From: a virus
Reading direction: 5' to 3' (one strand)
DNA: 64,000 nucleotides
Virus record (IMG/VR): IMGVR_UViG_3300035703_000025
Location: 32,001-96,000 of that record
The translations under genes were made by a program, and so were the position numbers. How positions within the stretch are numbered: position 1 is the stretch's first letter; each line of letters begins with the position of its first letter. A model generated the notes under the pieces. It had not been told where the DNA came from. It was given only the letters and a program-made list of their open reading frames with translations, and did not search any database. Positions 45,010-55,000 of the stretch are shown piece after piece.

Positions 45010-45654
45010 ATGGCAACAGTCACTTTTTACGCTAACGAAGGCATAGGCGCAATAAATAGCGGAAGCCAAAATTTAAATGGCTCTGGAATAGGTTTTTTTG
45101 GAAATGGTGGCGCTTTTGCTAGCGTCAGGATTGGTGAATACCAAGACAGAACATTTGTGTGCGACGCAAACGGCACTGCCGTTGGTGCAGAAATAGATAA
45201 CGTAAAGTATGTAAATGCGACAGGAGCACTAATAAGCAGAGGTGGCACTACAGACGCATCGCTTCCGCTTGTAAATATACCAAATTACAAATCTACATTG
45301 AACATCAGATTTGACCACGGTTCGGCTGTTCGTACTCAAAACGCCAAAGTTCAAATTTACGACAGGACAAACGTTAACAACGCACCATCTGGCGTTGTAT
45401 GCCAAGTTGCTGAAATTGTTCATCCAGAGGTCTCCCAAGCAGTTGTTGGCTCAGGCGACTCGTCTTGGATTTCCTGCAGTGGATCAACACCATACGTTGA
45501 CTTAATAGCAAGCCCAGGAATAAGTGGCATAAGAGTATCTGGATCAAATACAACAGAAGCGCAACACGACTGGTACGTCTGTATTTCAGCTTCACCAACA
45601 GGAATAGGTTCGCACACCCAGTTTGGAATATACTTTACAACAGAGTACCTATAA
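45010..45654 (+). CDS. virion structural protein, paralog of 45654..46325
   Basis: IGEYQDRTF, IPNYKSTLNIR, SPGISG, HDWYVCISASP. Confidence 0.65.
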   Translation: MATVTFYANEGIGAINSGSQNLNGSGIGFFGNGGAFASVRIGEYQDRTFVCDANGTAVGAEIDNVKYVNATGALISRGGTTDASLPLVNIPNYKSTLNIRFDHGSAVRTQNAKVQIYDRTNVNNAPSGVVCQVAEIVHPEVSQAVVGSGDSSWISCSGSTPYVDLIASPGISGIRVSGSNTTEAQHDWYVCISASPTGIGSHTQFGIYFTTEYL

Positions 45655-46325
45655 TGCCAATTATTGGTCTTTATGGACAATTTGGCAGCGCAAAAAATGT
45701 ACTTATTGGATCGTCAAGCAAGTACTTTTCTTCATTTTCAACGGCTCTTGGTTTTGGCGCAGTTGATGCCAAAAATTCAATAATTTTCCAAAAAGTTGGA
45801 GAGTACCAGGGAAAAACATTTATTTCTCCTGGTGACAAAACGGCTATCGCTGAAGAAATAAATAACTCGGTGTACGAAACGTCATCAACGGCAGACGTAA
45901 TAAGCCCAGAGCTTGGTTCGTATAAGGATATAAATGTAAACTATATACCAAATAGAGCGGCGCCACTAAATCTAAGGGTTTCTGATTTATCATCCATACG
46001 AGTCTCTAGCTGCAGAATGTATATAAATGACGGTTCTTCGACTGGAATATCAACTTCATTTTACGACTTCAAGTGGTACGAGTGCGTACACACAAGTACC
46101 GACGAAACAGCACCAGGGTCTGGAGCAGCTTCTTGGTCTTCAATGCCAGCAGGGTCTACTGGGTCTATAGTACTCAGAACAAGCCCAGGAGTAAGTGGTT
46201 CAAATCCTACAGGAAGCTTGTCGTATTCAACTAGACATGACTGGTATATTTGCTTGAGTCTTACGCCAGCTAAAACTTTTCAACAATCAACTATGAGCCT
46301 TTCGTGTATTATAGACTACGTGTGA
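45654..46325 (+). CDS. virion structural protein, paralog of 45010..45654
   Basis: VGEYQGKTF, IPNRAAPLNLR, SPGVSG, HDWYICLSLTP. Confidence 0.65.
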   Translation: MPIIGLYGQFGSAKNVLIGSSSKYFSSFSTALGFGAVDAKNSIIFQKVGEYQGKTFISPGDKTAIAEEINNSVYETSSTADVISPELGSYKDINVNYIPNRAAPLNLRVSDLSSIRVSSCRMYINDGSSTGISTSFYDFKWYECVHTSTDETAPGSGAASWSSMPAGSTGSIVLRTSPGVSGSNPTGSLSYSTRHDWYICLSLTPAKTFQQSTMSLSCIIDYV

Positions 46326-46332
46326 GGTTAAA

Positions 46333-46542
46333 ATGGAAGACAGCGGGTGGATGGAGTATCGAAAATTAGTTTTAAACGAGCTTCAGCGCTCTAATGATCG
46401 CCTTACTCGTATAGAAAACGACATAGGTGAAATAAAGGAAAAGCTTGCGGTGCTTCAGACAAAAGTTTATTTTACATCAAGCACGCTTGCATTTTTGATC
46501 TCAACAGTAGTAGCATTTTTTACAACGACAATGAAAGCATAA
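46333..46542 (+). CDS. small coiled-coil protein with C-terminal TM (XhlA/holin-like)
   Basis: Coiled coil then TLAFLISTVVAFF; GTGTAT 46304-46309 and GAGG SD upstream. Confidence 0.6.
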   Translation: MEDSGWMEYRKLVLNELQRSNDRLTRIENDIGEIKEKLAVLQTKVYFTSSTLAFLISTVVAFFTTTMKA

Positions 46543-46543
46543 A

Positions 46544-47119
46544 ATGGAATACAGATCTTTAAATAAACTCAAGTTTGTAATATCCCAATCAGCACCGACA
46601 CAGGTTACCCCCTCTCCTTCACCGTCTGGACCTATCGGTTTACCCCCAATGAGGCCGATTCTTCCCGGGGTAAATAAATGCGGATCTCCAGACGCAAACA
46701 AGGAATCCTGCTCTGCTTGCAATGAGCTTGCTGGAATAACAGCCTCTCTTGGAAATATATCAGATACAATTGTACGAGGCAACCTAAGAAAGGCAAAAGA
46801 TGCAGTTGGTGATCTTTGTGCGCTTATTGGTGGATGCTCAACATCACAAGCTGGAAATATAGCGCCATATCAAGACGGCACATCGTGTTTGTGTTCTGCA
46901 TTTATGTCACTTATTGCGTCTTTCAAGGGCACTTTTAATGCCGCTTTGCTGCAGACTACCTGGAACGCTACATCTAGAAATAATTTAGCAGAACAGCTCA
47001 AGAAACAAGAAACCGTTGCAAAAATAGCAATGACAGAATGCTATAAGCGATATAGAATATCAGATAACAAAACATCAAAAGACAAGATATTAGATATAGT
47101 CAAAACATATGCTGATTAA
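46544..47119 (+). CDS. Cys-rich leader-bearing protein
   Basis: MEYRSLNKLKFVISQSA leader, Pro-rich linker, 8 Cys. Confidence 0.7.
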   Translation: MEYRSLNKLKFVISQSAPTQVTPSPSPSGPIGLPPMRPILPGVNKCGSPDANKESCSACNELAGITASLGNISDTIVRGNLRKAKDAVGDLCALIGGCSTSQAGNIAPYQDGTSCLCSAFMSLIASFKGTFNAALLQTTWNATSRNNLAEQLKKQETVAKIAMTECYKRYRISDNKTSKDKILDIVKTYAD

Positions 47120-47595
47120 TCTCCACAACCAGCAAATGTGCTTGAAATTATATTTTTACAAATTGTCTCAATAACAAAAGCTTCCGATACGGTTATTCGG
47201 TGACCAGCCCAAAAACGCTGGTCTCCTTTTTTTGAGCTTACCTCAAAAGCAAATCCGTCGTCTAGCTTATAAAGCTTCAATATAACATTGCCGCTTTTAT
47301 TTTGATGGAAAAAGCCCTTGCCCTTTCCAGACTCGTCTGCAGCCCCAAGAAACGCCTTTCTCCCCGAAATAACACACGCAATCTCAGCAGCTTCTTCTAT
47401 ATCAAGCTTTACTGTTTCCGAGTCCTCTTTCCATGAAAAACGATTGTTGCCATCACCGTCTTTTTGAGCTTCTTGCTTTGCAACAGTTAGAAAAAAGTTG
47501 CATGTCTTGTGGTTCCACTCCCATGAAGACGCGCATCCTTTTGTGTGATCTTTGGTATTTGGTTTATAGATACGATAAGAAGAGTTGTATTGCAT
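47116..47595 (-). CDS. Whirly-like ssDNA-binding protein
   Basis: YRIYK, RFSW..VKLDIEE, GFFHQ, FAFEVS, ITVSEAFVI follow the order of plant Whirly motifs (SIYKGK, YDW..F.LS..E, FFHD, FNLSV, P.T..E..V), recalled from memory. Confidence 0.55.
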   Translation of the reverse strand: MQYNSSYRIYKPNTKDHTKGCASSWEWNHKTCNFFLTVAKQEAQKDGDGNNRFSWKEDSETVKLDIEEAAEIACVISGRKAFLGAADESGKGKGFFHQNKSGNVILKLYKLDDGFAFEVSSKKGDQRFWAGHRITVSEAFVIETICKNIISSTFAGCGD

Positions 47596-48416
47596 TAGAA
47601 AATCACCTCACCCTTGATTTGATCTGGAACGATCTGACCACCATTTTCAGGACCTCTGCTAAAGCCGTTTAGAACATTGATTACTTCGTGTGATTCCTTG
47701 TAAGTCAAAGCGTGAATGCTTTCAGCTGAAAGACCGCAGAACTTTATAAGCTTATTCTGATCGATCCCCATTCTGTTGCACATTGTATTAATTGCAATTT
47801 TCGCGCTATCAGAAATTGGCTTATTGTCATCAATCATCATCGGGTCCATCTCATCCTTTGAGGCGCTTTGATTTACTTCCTCAAGGGTATAAACCTTTAC
47901 TAGACCAATCGCTTTACGTAGTGCGCGAGCTTCTGCTTTTGTTGCAGCTGTGGCAACAGCAGCATTGCAGTAAGGAAATGGTGTGTTGTCTGGATTTACG
48001 TCAAATACGTCACTTACGTACTCTGAATTAAAACCGACAACACCGTGTCTGCGGAACGTAATAGAGCATCTAACAGTAGCTGTTCTATCTGAAATAGTTG
48101 GAGACTTAAGAACATCAACATCAACAGAAGTGATTTTACCGACAAGCTTCTTAAAAATTCTGCGAAGACCATCACATGTTGGCATTCCATCCTTGCACTC
48201 TTTCTCAGTAAGGTGCGACATGACAAAGTCAGACCACTTTGGATCAGTATCATCAATTACACCAGACTCTGTTTTCAGCTCTTCTGGAATTTTTGTTGGC
48301 TCAGCTTCAACTAGCATAGTCTCAAGATCAGAAATCGGCAAATCGGAAATTAGTGCTTCGGCCTTACCAAGATCAACCAGTTTTTTAATCAGTGCTTTTT
48401 TGCTCTTTCGTGGCAT
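47595..48416 (-). CDS. single-strand annealing/recombination protein (Rad52/Sak-like, putative)
   Basis: ATVRCSITF..ATAATKAEARALRKAIGL resembles the Rad52/Sak-fold helix; C-terminal ISDSAKIAI helical domain. Confidence 0.5.
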   Translation of the reverse strand: MPRKSKKALIKKLVDLGKAEALISDLPISDLETMLVEAEPTKIPEELKTESGVIDDTDPKWSDFVMSHLTEKECKDGMPTCDGLRRIFKKLVGKITSVDVDVLKSPTISDRTATVRCSITFRRHGVVGFNSEYVSDVFDVNPDNTPFPYCNAAVATAATKAEARALRKAIGLVKVYTLEEVNQSASKDEMDPMMIDDNKPISDSAKIAINTMCNRMGIDQNKLIKFCGLSAESIHALTYKESHEVINVLNGFSRGPENGGQIVPDQIKGEVIF

Positions 48417-48918
48417 ATTGTACTATCCTTATGTAATCCTCTGCAGATTGTGGGAGTATGATGGCTGCTTTTCCATAAGAACCGCCGTATCTTGAATCAA
48501 ATACATTTTTGATGTATTCGTTTGGGAAAGCAATTAGATCCGCCCGACCAAAATCTACAGTATTGTTAGACCAATCTTCAATATCCATTACCATAGCAAT
48601 AACTGGCTTTGCTAGATTTACGCTTGAAGTAACAGCTGAAAAAGCCTGTGCAGAAAAGCAAAGAGTTGGTCCATATATTGAAGAAATATACGAAGCAGAA
48701 AAAACAGGAAAAGAAGGAACCGATATTGTGGCCGTGTCACCAAGAGTAAATAAATTAAAAGAAACTCTTTTTGATGTAAATTCTGAAATAAATTTATTTA
48801 TCTCGTAATATTTTTGTGTCATGCAGCCATCAATAACAAAGTTTAGATTTGCCCGCTTGTAGAGCGAACCTAGAAAAAATGTGTCATCTATACAGTTTTC
48901 ATTCATTACTGCTGTCAT
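48385..48918 (-). CDS. hypothetical protein in glycosyltransferase cluster
   Basis: PVIAMVMDIEDW..ADLIAFPNEYIKNVF resembles a GT-B N-terminal Rossmann segment. Confidence 0.55.
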   Translation of the reverse strand: MTAVMNENCIDDTFFLGSLYKRANLNFVIDGCMTQKYYEINKFISEFTSKRVSFNLFTLGDTATISVPSFPVFSASYISSIYGPTLCFSAQAFSAVTSSVNLAKPVIAMVMDIEDWSNNTVDFGRADLIAFPNEYIKNVFDSRYGGSYGKAAIILPQSAEDYIRIVQYATKEQKSTD

Positions 48919-48919
48919 T

Positions 48920-49594
48920 TTATCTCCTAAGCATCATGTGCTCTCTAGAAATGTCTTCATTGCTAGATACGATTGTTTTATTTTGTCCGTGGACGTAGTA
49001 CGTAAACAGAGGCATTGGAATCCGCAAACACATGTAATTTGCGGCAGATATCCGCATCCAAAAATCGTAATCCTCTATTATTTTTATAGACTCGTTAAAG
49101 TAACCAACTGTGGACAGGACCCCTCGTTTAATAAACGAATTTGTTGAAATTATGCAGTCCTGCTTTAAAATCTGCGGATCAAAATCTCTTTTAGCCGAAT
49201 AAAAAAGCCTTGATCCGTGAACCTCAAAATAATCAGAGTACACGAGACCAACCTCTGAACCAAATTCAAGATACTTGATGCTCATAGCCGTCTTTTCAGG
49301 GGAGTACTCATCATCAGCATCTAGAAATCCTATGTATTCACCGGTTGAGTTTACAAGACCAGCATTTCGTGCGCTTGCCGTACCACCGTTCTTCTTTTTT
49401 ACTAGCTTTATATTATGGGATTTATTTTTGGATATAATGTCCTGGGCTATAAGCAATGAGTTGTCTTTGCTGCCGTCATCAACTATTATAATCTCGTATT
49501 CTGATGGGTCTAGTGTTTGTTTTATCGCGCTCTCTACAGAACGCCATAAAAAATGACCCTGGTTGTAATTGGGTATTATTATCGAGCACTTCAT
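48920..49594 (-). CDS. glycosyltransferase family 2
   Basis: SIIIPNYN, EIIIVDDGSKD, NGGTASARNAG, FLDADD, EDYDFWMR. Confidence 0.93.
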   Translation of the reverse strand: MKCSIIIPNYNQGHFLWRSVESAIKQTLDPSEYEIIIVDDGSKDNSLLIAQDIISKNKSHNIKLVKKKNGGTASARNAGLVNSTGEYIGFLDADDEYSPEKTAMSIKYLEFGSEVGLVYSDYFEVHGSRLFYSAKRDFDPQILKQDCIISTNSFIKRGVLSTVGYFNESIKIIEDYDFWMRISAANYMCLRIPMPLFTYYVHGQNKTIVSSNEDISREHMMLRR

Positions 49595-50118
49595 ACGAAC
49601 TCTAGCCTTTCTTTTTCACGATTAAAAAGCTCGTCTTCGCTTATATCCTCGTACCTGTAAATGTTAAAAGCGCCGTATTGAGAAAAACCGTCGTCTTCTG
49701 ATCTGTATAGAACTGGCTTTGTGTTTTTTAAGGCAGCAGATATAAGATCTGAAATTTTGTGCGAGTATTTTTCGTTTGACCAAACGCAATAATCAAACCC
49801 CGCCTTTTTGTAAGGCATTTTTTGATTTTTCAAATAATCATTCCAAATTAAGAATATGCTAGACTCAAGTCGCTCTTTTTCAGAAAGCATCTTTGTGTCT
49901 TCAAAGAAAGACTCAAGTATCTTTACGAATCTTACATTTTGTAGGCTTCCGTAAATTGATCTCTTGCAGTCTAGCTCGTCACCAGATATGCCAATGTCAA
50001 CAAAAATGTATTGGTAATCAGGGTTTATTTCTAGCTCATTTTTGCATTCAGAAGCCGTTCCAAAGAATAATGGCCCGTTTCTGTTTTCCATCAAAAATAT
50101 GCAAATTACTGGCTTCAT
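49591..50118 (-). CDS. hypothetical protein
   Basis: ATGA-coupled within the GT operon. Confidence 0.6.
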   Translation of the reverse strand: MKPVICIFLMENRNGPLFFGTASECKNELEINPDYQYIFVDIGISGDELDCKRSIYGSLQNVRFVKILESFFEDTKMLSEKERLESSIFLIWNDYLKNQKMPYKKAGFDYCVWSNEKYSHKISDLISAALKNTKPVLYRSEDDGFSQYGAFNIYRYEDISEDELFNREKERLEFV

Positions 50119-50561
50119 TGCTTTTTAGCCTCTACGTTTAATACCCACTGATGTGGCCCGTACCATGTTTTCGTTGGTTTAAAACCAGCAGACGAGAGTG
50201 CTTGTGTAAATGAATGTCTATCAAAAAACACAAGATAGCCACTAACCATAGAGTTAAACATTTCTGAGTCTATTACTTCAGATGATAGGGCGTTTGCAAG
50301 AGCCTCAATGTCTATGCATTTTGCTTTTAATGTACATGAACTTGAGGAAAAATTAGCCCAAGACTTTAAAATTTCACCGTATCCGGCCTTGCTTTTTTCT
50401 AGAGCGCCTGGATGACAAATAATTTCCTGTATAGATTCTGTTCCACTTACGCTGTTTATTACGTAGTCTTCGACAACGTGATCTGTTTTAAAAGAACCAT
50501 TTTTTTCAAGATTAACGTAGCCATCAAGATAGTTTTCGTTGTGATTAATATTTAGTTTCAT
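50115..50561 (-). CDS. degenerate class I SAM methyltransferase-like protein
   Basis: MKLNINH...GYVNLE, IQEIICH..LEK, LSSAGF and LNVEAKK follow the methyltransferase-11 layout, but the GxG motif is absent. Confidence 0.5.
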   Translation of the reverse strand: MKLNINHNENYLDGYVNLEKNGSFKTDHVVEDYVINSVSGTESIQEIICHPGALEKSKAGYGEILKSWANFSSSSCTLKAKCIDIEALANALSSEVIDSEMFNSMVSGYLVFFDRHSFTQALSSAGFKPTKTWYGPHQWVLNVEAKKQ

Positions 50562-51580
50562 ATTGTTCCGCCAATTCTAATTGAATAAGCCCTGTCAAAA
50601 ATTTCATTCCAAGAGCTGATAAAGTCTTTTATATTGTAGTCTTGAACAATTCTATTGCGACAATGAGAGCCGATCTTATTGGCATATTCTTTACTGTTAC
50701 AAATACGAACAATTTGATCGGCTATTTTGTCAATATCATTGGTGCAAATTTCATCGTTGCGCATTATGTTTGGTATTTCTTGCTTAGCTGTTGAGACGCA
50801 TGGGGCACCACACGACATCGCCTCCATCAAAGACATTGGCACAGGAGAAAGTCTAGAGGTGTTAATATAGCAAGCACATTTATTTATTGAAGAAATAAGA
50901 GACTTTTCGTTTGCAATTGGTTGACTTATACCCGGATTTTCACCGATCAGCGCAAACTTTATTGACGGATCGATTTGAAAAACTTTTTCTTTTACTGATA
51001 GCCACTCGGTGAATCCGCAAAACTGATCTCGTGACTCAAGACCGTTCACTATGTACAGAACATACTTAACTTCACCATCAGATGGGCCAGACCACCCAAT
51101 AAAATCATCCGTTCTTATGCCGTGCTTAACAACACTAGAGTTATCAATTCCCCATGATTTTCTATTATGCTCTGTTATAAAGACATTTATGTCGGCCTTA
51201 AAGGACTTCATGTAATCAAGTTGTTCTTTTGGCCAATTGTTTAATTGTGGCTCTATGTGCTCAAGATGTATTATTGGCAAGCGAAGGCTTTTAGAAACCT
51301 CTTGAGCAAACTGTATTTGGCCAAAACGCTCTTGCGATAAAATAAAATCAATGTCGTATTCAGTATCTGTTATTGAATTGTATACGTGTGTGTTTTTTGG
51401 GAGTGGTTTATATTTTGTCTCCCATATTTTTGAGTTACCGCCGCGATTAAAGAGCAAAAATTCGTGCCCAGTCTCAGCAAGGTTTGTTTGATAAGATTCG
51501 TGTGTTGGAAAAGTCAAAATACGATACTTTTCCTTTTTAGGCAAATTTACCCGATTGAGTATTGATACTATTGGATTCAT
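50558..51580 (-). CDS. glycosyltransferase (GT-B, GT4-like)
   Basis: YINTSRLSPVPMSLMEAMSCGAPCVST. Confidence 0.85.
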   Translation of the reverse strand: MNPIVSILNRVNLPKKEKYRILTFPTHESYQTNLAETGHEFLLFNRGGNSKIWETKYKPLPKNTHVYNSITDTEYDIDFILSQERFGQIQFAQEVSKSLRLPIIHLEHIEPQLNNWPKEQLDYMKSFKADINVFITEHNRKSWGIDNSSVVKHGIRTDDFIGWSGPSDGEVKYVLYIVNGLESRDQFCGFTEWLSVKEKVFQIDPSIKFALIGENPGISQPIANEKSLISSINKCACYINTSRLSPVPMSLMEAMSCGAPCVSTAKQEIPNIMRNDEICTNDIDKIADQIVRICNSKEYANKIGSHCRNRIVQDYNIKDFISSWNEIFDRAYSIRIGGTI

Positions 51581-51582
51581 TT

Positions 51583-52692
51583 TTATCTCAGCATTGATAC
51601 TAGCTTGGGACCAACCACTTCATACGAAAAGGTGTTGTGCATGTGTCTTACGTTTTCTTTTGCGATTTTTTCGTAGTGCCCATTTGCGGCCCTTCTCATC
51701 TTGAGCATCATTTCGGAAAGAGACCCCTCCATCCACTCTCCTCTGTGAGAATACAGTCCTGGAACTATCGCGCCCTTTGACATGGCAAAAACTGGCTTGC
51801 TTATCATGTCCTTCACTGTTGGCTCGTAACCTGAAGGAAACATTCTTTTTATACCGTTGAAGTGAGTTGCTATTACTGGTTTGCCCATTGCTGCTGCATC
51901 AAAAGCTGGAATGCACTCGCCCTCTCCACGAGAAGCACTGACAAAGCAATCACAGCTGCCGTGAATAGCAGCTAATTCATTTTCAGGCAAAACATCAGTG
52001 ATAAGGTATATTTTAGGGTGCAATCTTTCTGGTCTTTTAATTTCAGACTTTAGAGATTCTATAGACGCCTTTACTGCGTCTAGTGATTCCGATGGATTTT
52101 TACCGTCAATATATGTTTTTATAACAAGAGAAACGTTATCTCTAGATGTAAACTCAGACAAAAACGCCGCAATTGTACCAGAAACATTCTTCCTGTACGA
52201 GTAATCTGAAATAGTGTAAAACTTATACGTGTCTTGTATTTCTTCTGGAAGATCTAGCTTTTGGTTACACCAGTTATTATATTTTGAAAAATCAGCTGGT
52301 CTTGTTACCATACCAATCGGAGCAGTAACACCAGAATCTACAGCAGCCTCAATTTGCTCTGGCGTAGTCATCCATATCTCGTCCATCAAATTGCAAGAGT
52401 ACTGCCAGCCAGAGTCAGAAAACGAAGAAGTTTCCCAATAAAAAAGACCGATGTTTTTTACCCCTTCAGTTCTAACAAATGTGTTTGGAATCGTTTGCTG
52501 AATTACAACATCCACGCCATCAAGCGAGCCGCCCTCTTTTATTTGGGCGTCAATAAAGTTTGGTCTTTGATTTAAACTAAACCAAATTGGTGTTACGTCT
52601 ACTCCTTGACCCTGTAGGCACTTAATAAAATCTCTAGACGAGTTTCCATAACCGGTGCCATCACGGTAAACAGATATGTATGCTACTCTCAT
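51583..52692 (-). CDS. glycosyltransferase (GT-B, GT4-like)
   Basis: GTGYGNSSR, WET, RKN, DCFVSASRGEGECIPAFDAAAMGKPVIAT. Confidence 0.88.
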   Translation of the reverse strand: MRVAYISVYRDGTGYGNSSRDFIKCLQGQGVDVTPIWFSLNQRPNFIDAQIKEGGSLDGVDVVIQQTIPNTFVRTEGVKNIGLFYWETSSFSDSGWQYSCNLMDEIWMTTPEQIEAAVDSGVTAPIGMVTRPADFSKYNNWCNQKLDLPEEIQDTYKFYTISDYSYRKNVSGTIAAFLSEFTSRDNVSLVIKTYIDGKNPSESLDAVKASIESLKSEIKRPERLHPKIYLITDVLPENELAAIHGSCDCFVSASRGEGECIPAFDAAAMGKPVIATHFNGIKRMFPSGYEPTVKDMISKPVFAMSKGAIVPGLYSHRGEWMEGSLSEMMLKMRRAANGHYEKIAKENVRHMHNTFSYEVVGPKLVSMLR

Positions 52693-54356
52693 ATTAATTT
52701 CACATTCCCTTTATTTTGGACTGCGCTCTTTTTATTAACATTGCTGAAATATCGATTTTGCTCGAAATTGTTCCTTTCAAAGACTTCCTTATTTGCAATG
52801 TTGTTTAGTTTCTCAAGATTTATGTCGTTTCCAGTGAAAGCGGAGTTGTTGTTCATAACATCGGATATTGCCGCCATTTGAAACGGTGTCCCCTGCATAC
52901 ACCCCCTAGTGAATGCGTGAGAAGCTATAGAACAAGCATTAAAGGCATCATAAGATCCATTACTCTGCAGATTAATGTAGCTAGAAATATTCGGCGGTGC
53001 AAACCATCTAAACGGGTTTTTTGCTGGTATGGACGAGAATATATCGTCCCATTTTTTAGCAAAACCATCACTTGAGTGATAATGCTCAGCTGTCTCTCTA
53101 GCAAGAGATTGCATCAGTAGTCTTTTTTCTTCGCCTTCTTGCAGGAAGCTAGTCAATATTTCCTCCAAGTGCTTATCGTCTGGAACGCCACGAATCTGAC
53201 TAGTCTCTCTGACAGACTCTTGCTTCCAGCCAGCCATTCTTACCTGTCCGTATCCACCGCCAAGTCTAGCTAGCTCATACGGAGCTGCGTAATCCACAGA
53301 AACTACTGGGACACCACAAGCCTTTGCTTCAATTATTGGAATCTCAAGTGCGCCAGCTACGCTATACTGAATATATAGATCAGCAAGGTTGTAGATTTTT
53401 GCAAGCTCCTCTCTTGTTGATCCGTTAGATGTATTTGCCATTGCGCAGGCTTTGGCTCTGCACTTTGGGCAATACTTTCTATCTCCAGAATAAAAACCAG
53501 GAGTGGACTGCTTGCACGTCTGGCAATAATAAGTAACTATTACTCTATTGCCAACACCGTATCTGATTATCTCTTTTGGGATATCAAATCCGCAATCTGG
53601 ATTTCCTGTATGCAGATATAGATAGGTCTTATCAGCGATATCTCCAAGCCCAAGCTTGTACAAATTATCAAGAGCGTTTGCGAAAGCGCTCATAATATTT
53701 GGAAAAAGCTTTCTTGGCTGATTTCTCATTACGGTCATTATGATATTTGCGTCTTTTGGTATTCCGTACTCTTCTCTAATCTTTATTTTGTCCATAGGCT
53801 TGAAGACATCTATGTCAACGCCTGGCATAGTATCTATTTGAGATACGTTTAGCTTTCCTCCACCGTATTTTCTAAGAACATTAAGCCCCCATTGCGTGTA
53901 CGATGTTAGCAAATCAACAGTTGAAAATGTTGATAGCCATTCATCTCTTGGTGGCTCTGAATCAACACACGCTGACCATATGTAAGTATAATACGGTCTT
54001 GACGGCGATTTTGTTATAAATTCATCATGCCAGTAATCCCGATAGGAAAAAACAATATCTGGCTTAAAATGATTTACTGCACTTTCAAATCTTAACGAGC
54101 CGAACTGCGAGGTTTGATATTCGCGTTGGAATCTCTCCATCTCGTCTTTTTTCGACTGCGATGGTATTACTGGATAAACCTTCCAAGGCAACTGATTTAT
54201 TCTTGGATCGTCATCTGAAACATAAGATGCTAGCTCCGCAACCTCGTACTTTCCGCTCTTATGAAGTCTTGAAAGGACGTCATATGCCATAACAGAAAAG
54301 CCTGTGTTTAGCAGGCTAAATTCACTAACTAGCAGAATTCTTTTTTTATCGCTCAC
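52689..54356 (-). CDS. glycosyltransferase (GT-B, GT4-like) with Zn-ribbon insertion
   Basis: NTGFSV, PGVDIDVFKP, RNQPRK, IYNLADLY..LEIPIIEAKACGVPVV; CQTC..CPKC insert. Confidence 0.88.
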   Translation of the reverse strand: MSDKKRILLVSEFSLLNTGFSVMAYDVLSRLHKSGKYEVAELASYVSDDDPRINQLPWKVYPVIPSQSKKDEMERFQREYQTSQFGSLRFESAVNHFKPDIVFSYRDYWHDEFITKSPSRPYYTYIWSACVDSEPPRDEWLSTFSTVDLLTSYTQWGLNVLRKYGGGKLNVSQIDTMPGVDIDVFKPMDKIKIREEYGIPKDANIIMTVMRNQPRKLFPNIMSAFANALDNLYKLGLGDIADKTYLYLHTGNPDCGFDIPKEIIRYGVGNRVIVTYYCQTCKQSTPGFYSGDRKYCPKCRAKACAMANTSNGSTREELAKIYNLADLYIQYSVAGALEIPIIEAKACGVPVVSVDYAAPYELARLGGGYGQVRMAGWKQESVRETSQIRGVPDDKHLEEILTSFLQEGEEKRLLMQSLARETAEHYHSSDGFAKKWDDIFSSIPAKNPFRWFAPPNISSYINLQSNGSYDAFNACSIASHAFTRGCMQGTPFQMAAISDVMNNNSAFTGNDINLEKLNNIANKEVFERNNFEQNRYFSNVNKKSAVQNKGNVKLI

Positions 54357-54522
54357 CTGTAGTAAACCCTTTAAACTTTCCTAAGTTTTTAGTGCTAGCC
54401 TTCGATGAAAGGTTAAGCTCTTTTTCAATTTCTTCAGCAAGTAAATCAAGCTGGCCAGGGGCTTTGAGTAAACCCCTGGCCTGCAAGATCTCAAGAATTT
54501 TGACAATCTTAATTGAAGACAT
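54346..54522 (-). CDS. hypothetical 58-aa protein (not in ORF track)
   Basis: Manual translation MSSIKIVKILEILQARGLLKAPGQLDLLAEEIEKELNLSSKASTKNLGKFKGFTTGER; TAATG-coupled to ssb. Confidence 0.6.
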   Translation of the reverse strand: MSSIKIVKILEILQARGLLKAPGQLDLLAEEIEKELNLSSKASTKNLGKFKGFTTGER

Positions 54523-54950
54523 TAGAATGGGATGTCCTGAAGATCAGACTGCTTTTGAGTAGACTTTTTTGTGATCTTTTGCGATGGCTTTGATTCGCTT
54601 TGCTGTGAATCGCCAGAGCCTCGCTTTGAAAGAAACTCAAAGTCTTCAATGCTAACAAGGATCTTGCTTCTCTTTTCGCCATCCTTGTTTTCCCAGTTTT
54701 CTTGCTTTAGATGTCCCTCTACAAGAATCGGGTCCGACTTCTTTAGATACTCGGAAATTACACCAGCTCTAGAACCCCACATCTCACAATCAATGTATGT
54801 GGTTTCTTCCTTCTTTTCACCAGACTTCGTGGTGTAGCGGCGATTAATTGCCATTCTGAATCGAACAACACTGTTGTTATCGCCAATTTCCTTTAGCTCG
54901 GGATCACTAACCAAGTTACCTACCAAAACGACTTTGTTAAAATTTGACAT
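54522..54950 (-). CDS. ssb: single-stranded DNA-binding protein
   Basis: FNKVVLVGNLVSDPEL, ETTYIDCEMWG, ILVEGHL, C-terminal DIPF. Confidence 0.95.
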   Translation of the reverse strand: MSNFNKVVLVGNLVSDPELKEIGDNNSVVRFRMAINRRYTTKSGEKKEETTYIDCEMWGSRAGVISEYLKKSDPILVEGHLKQENWENKDGEKRSKILVSIEDFEFLSKRGSGDSQQSESKPSQKITKKSTQKQSDLQDIPF

Positions 54951-55000
54951 GTTGTACCTGTGCCTTATTGTAGTTATCTAACTCTGTTTTCAATATAAAA

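Noticed and set aside
28352-46325. Contractile tail or eCIS-like system
   Set aside because: No sheath or baseplate wedge genes recognised; capsid, portal and terminase indicate an ordinary tailed phage.
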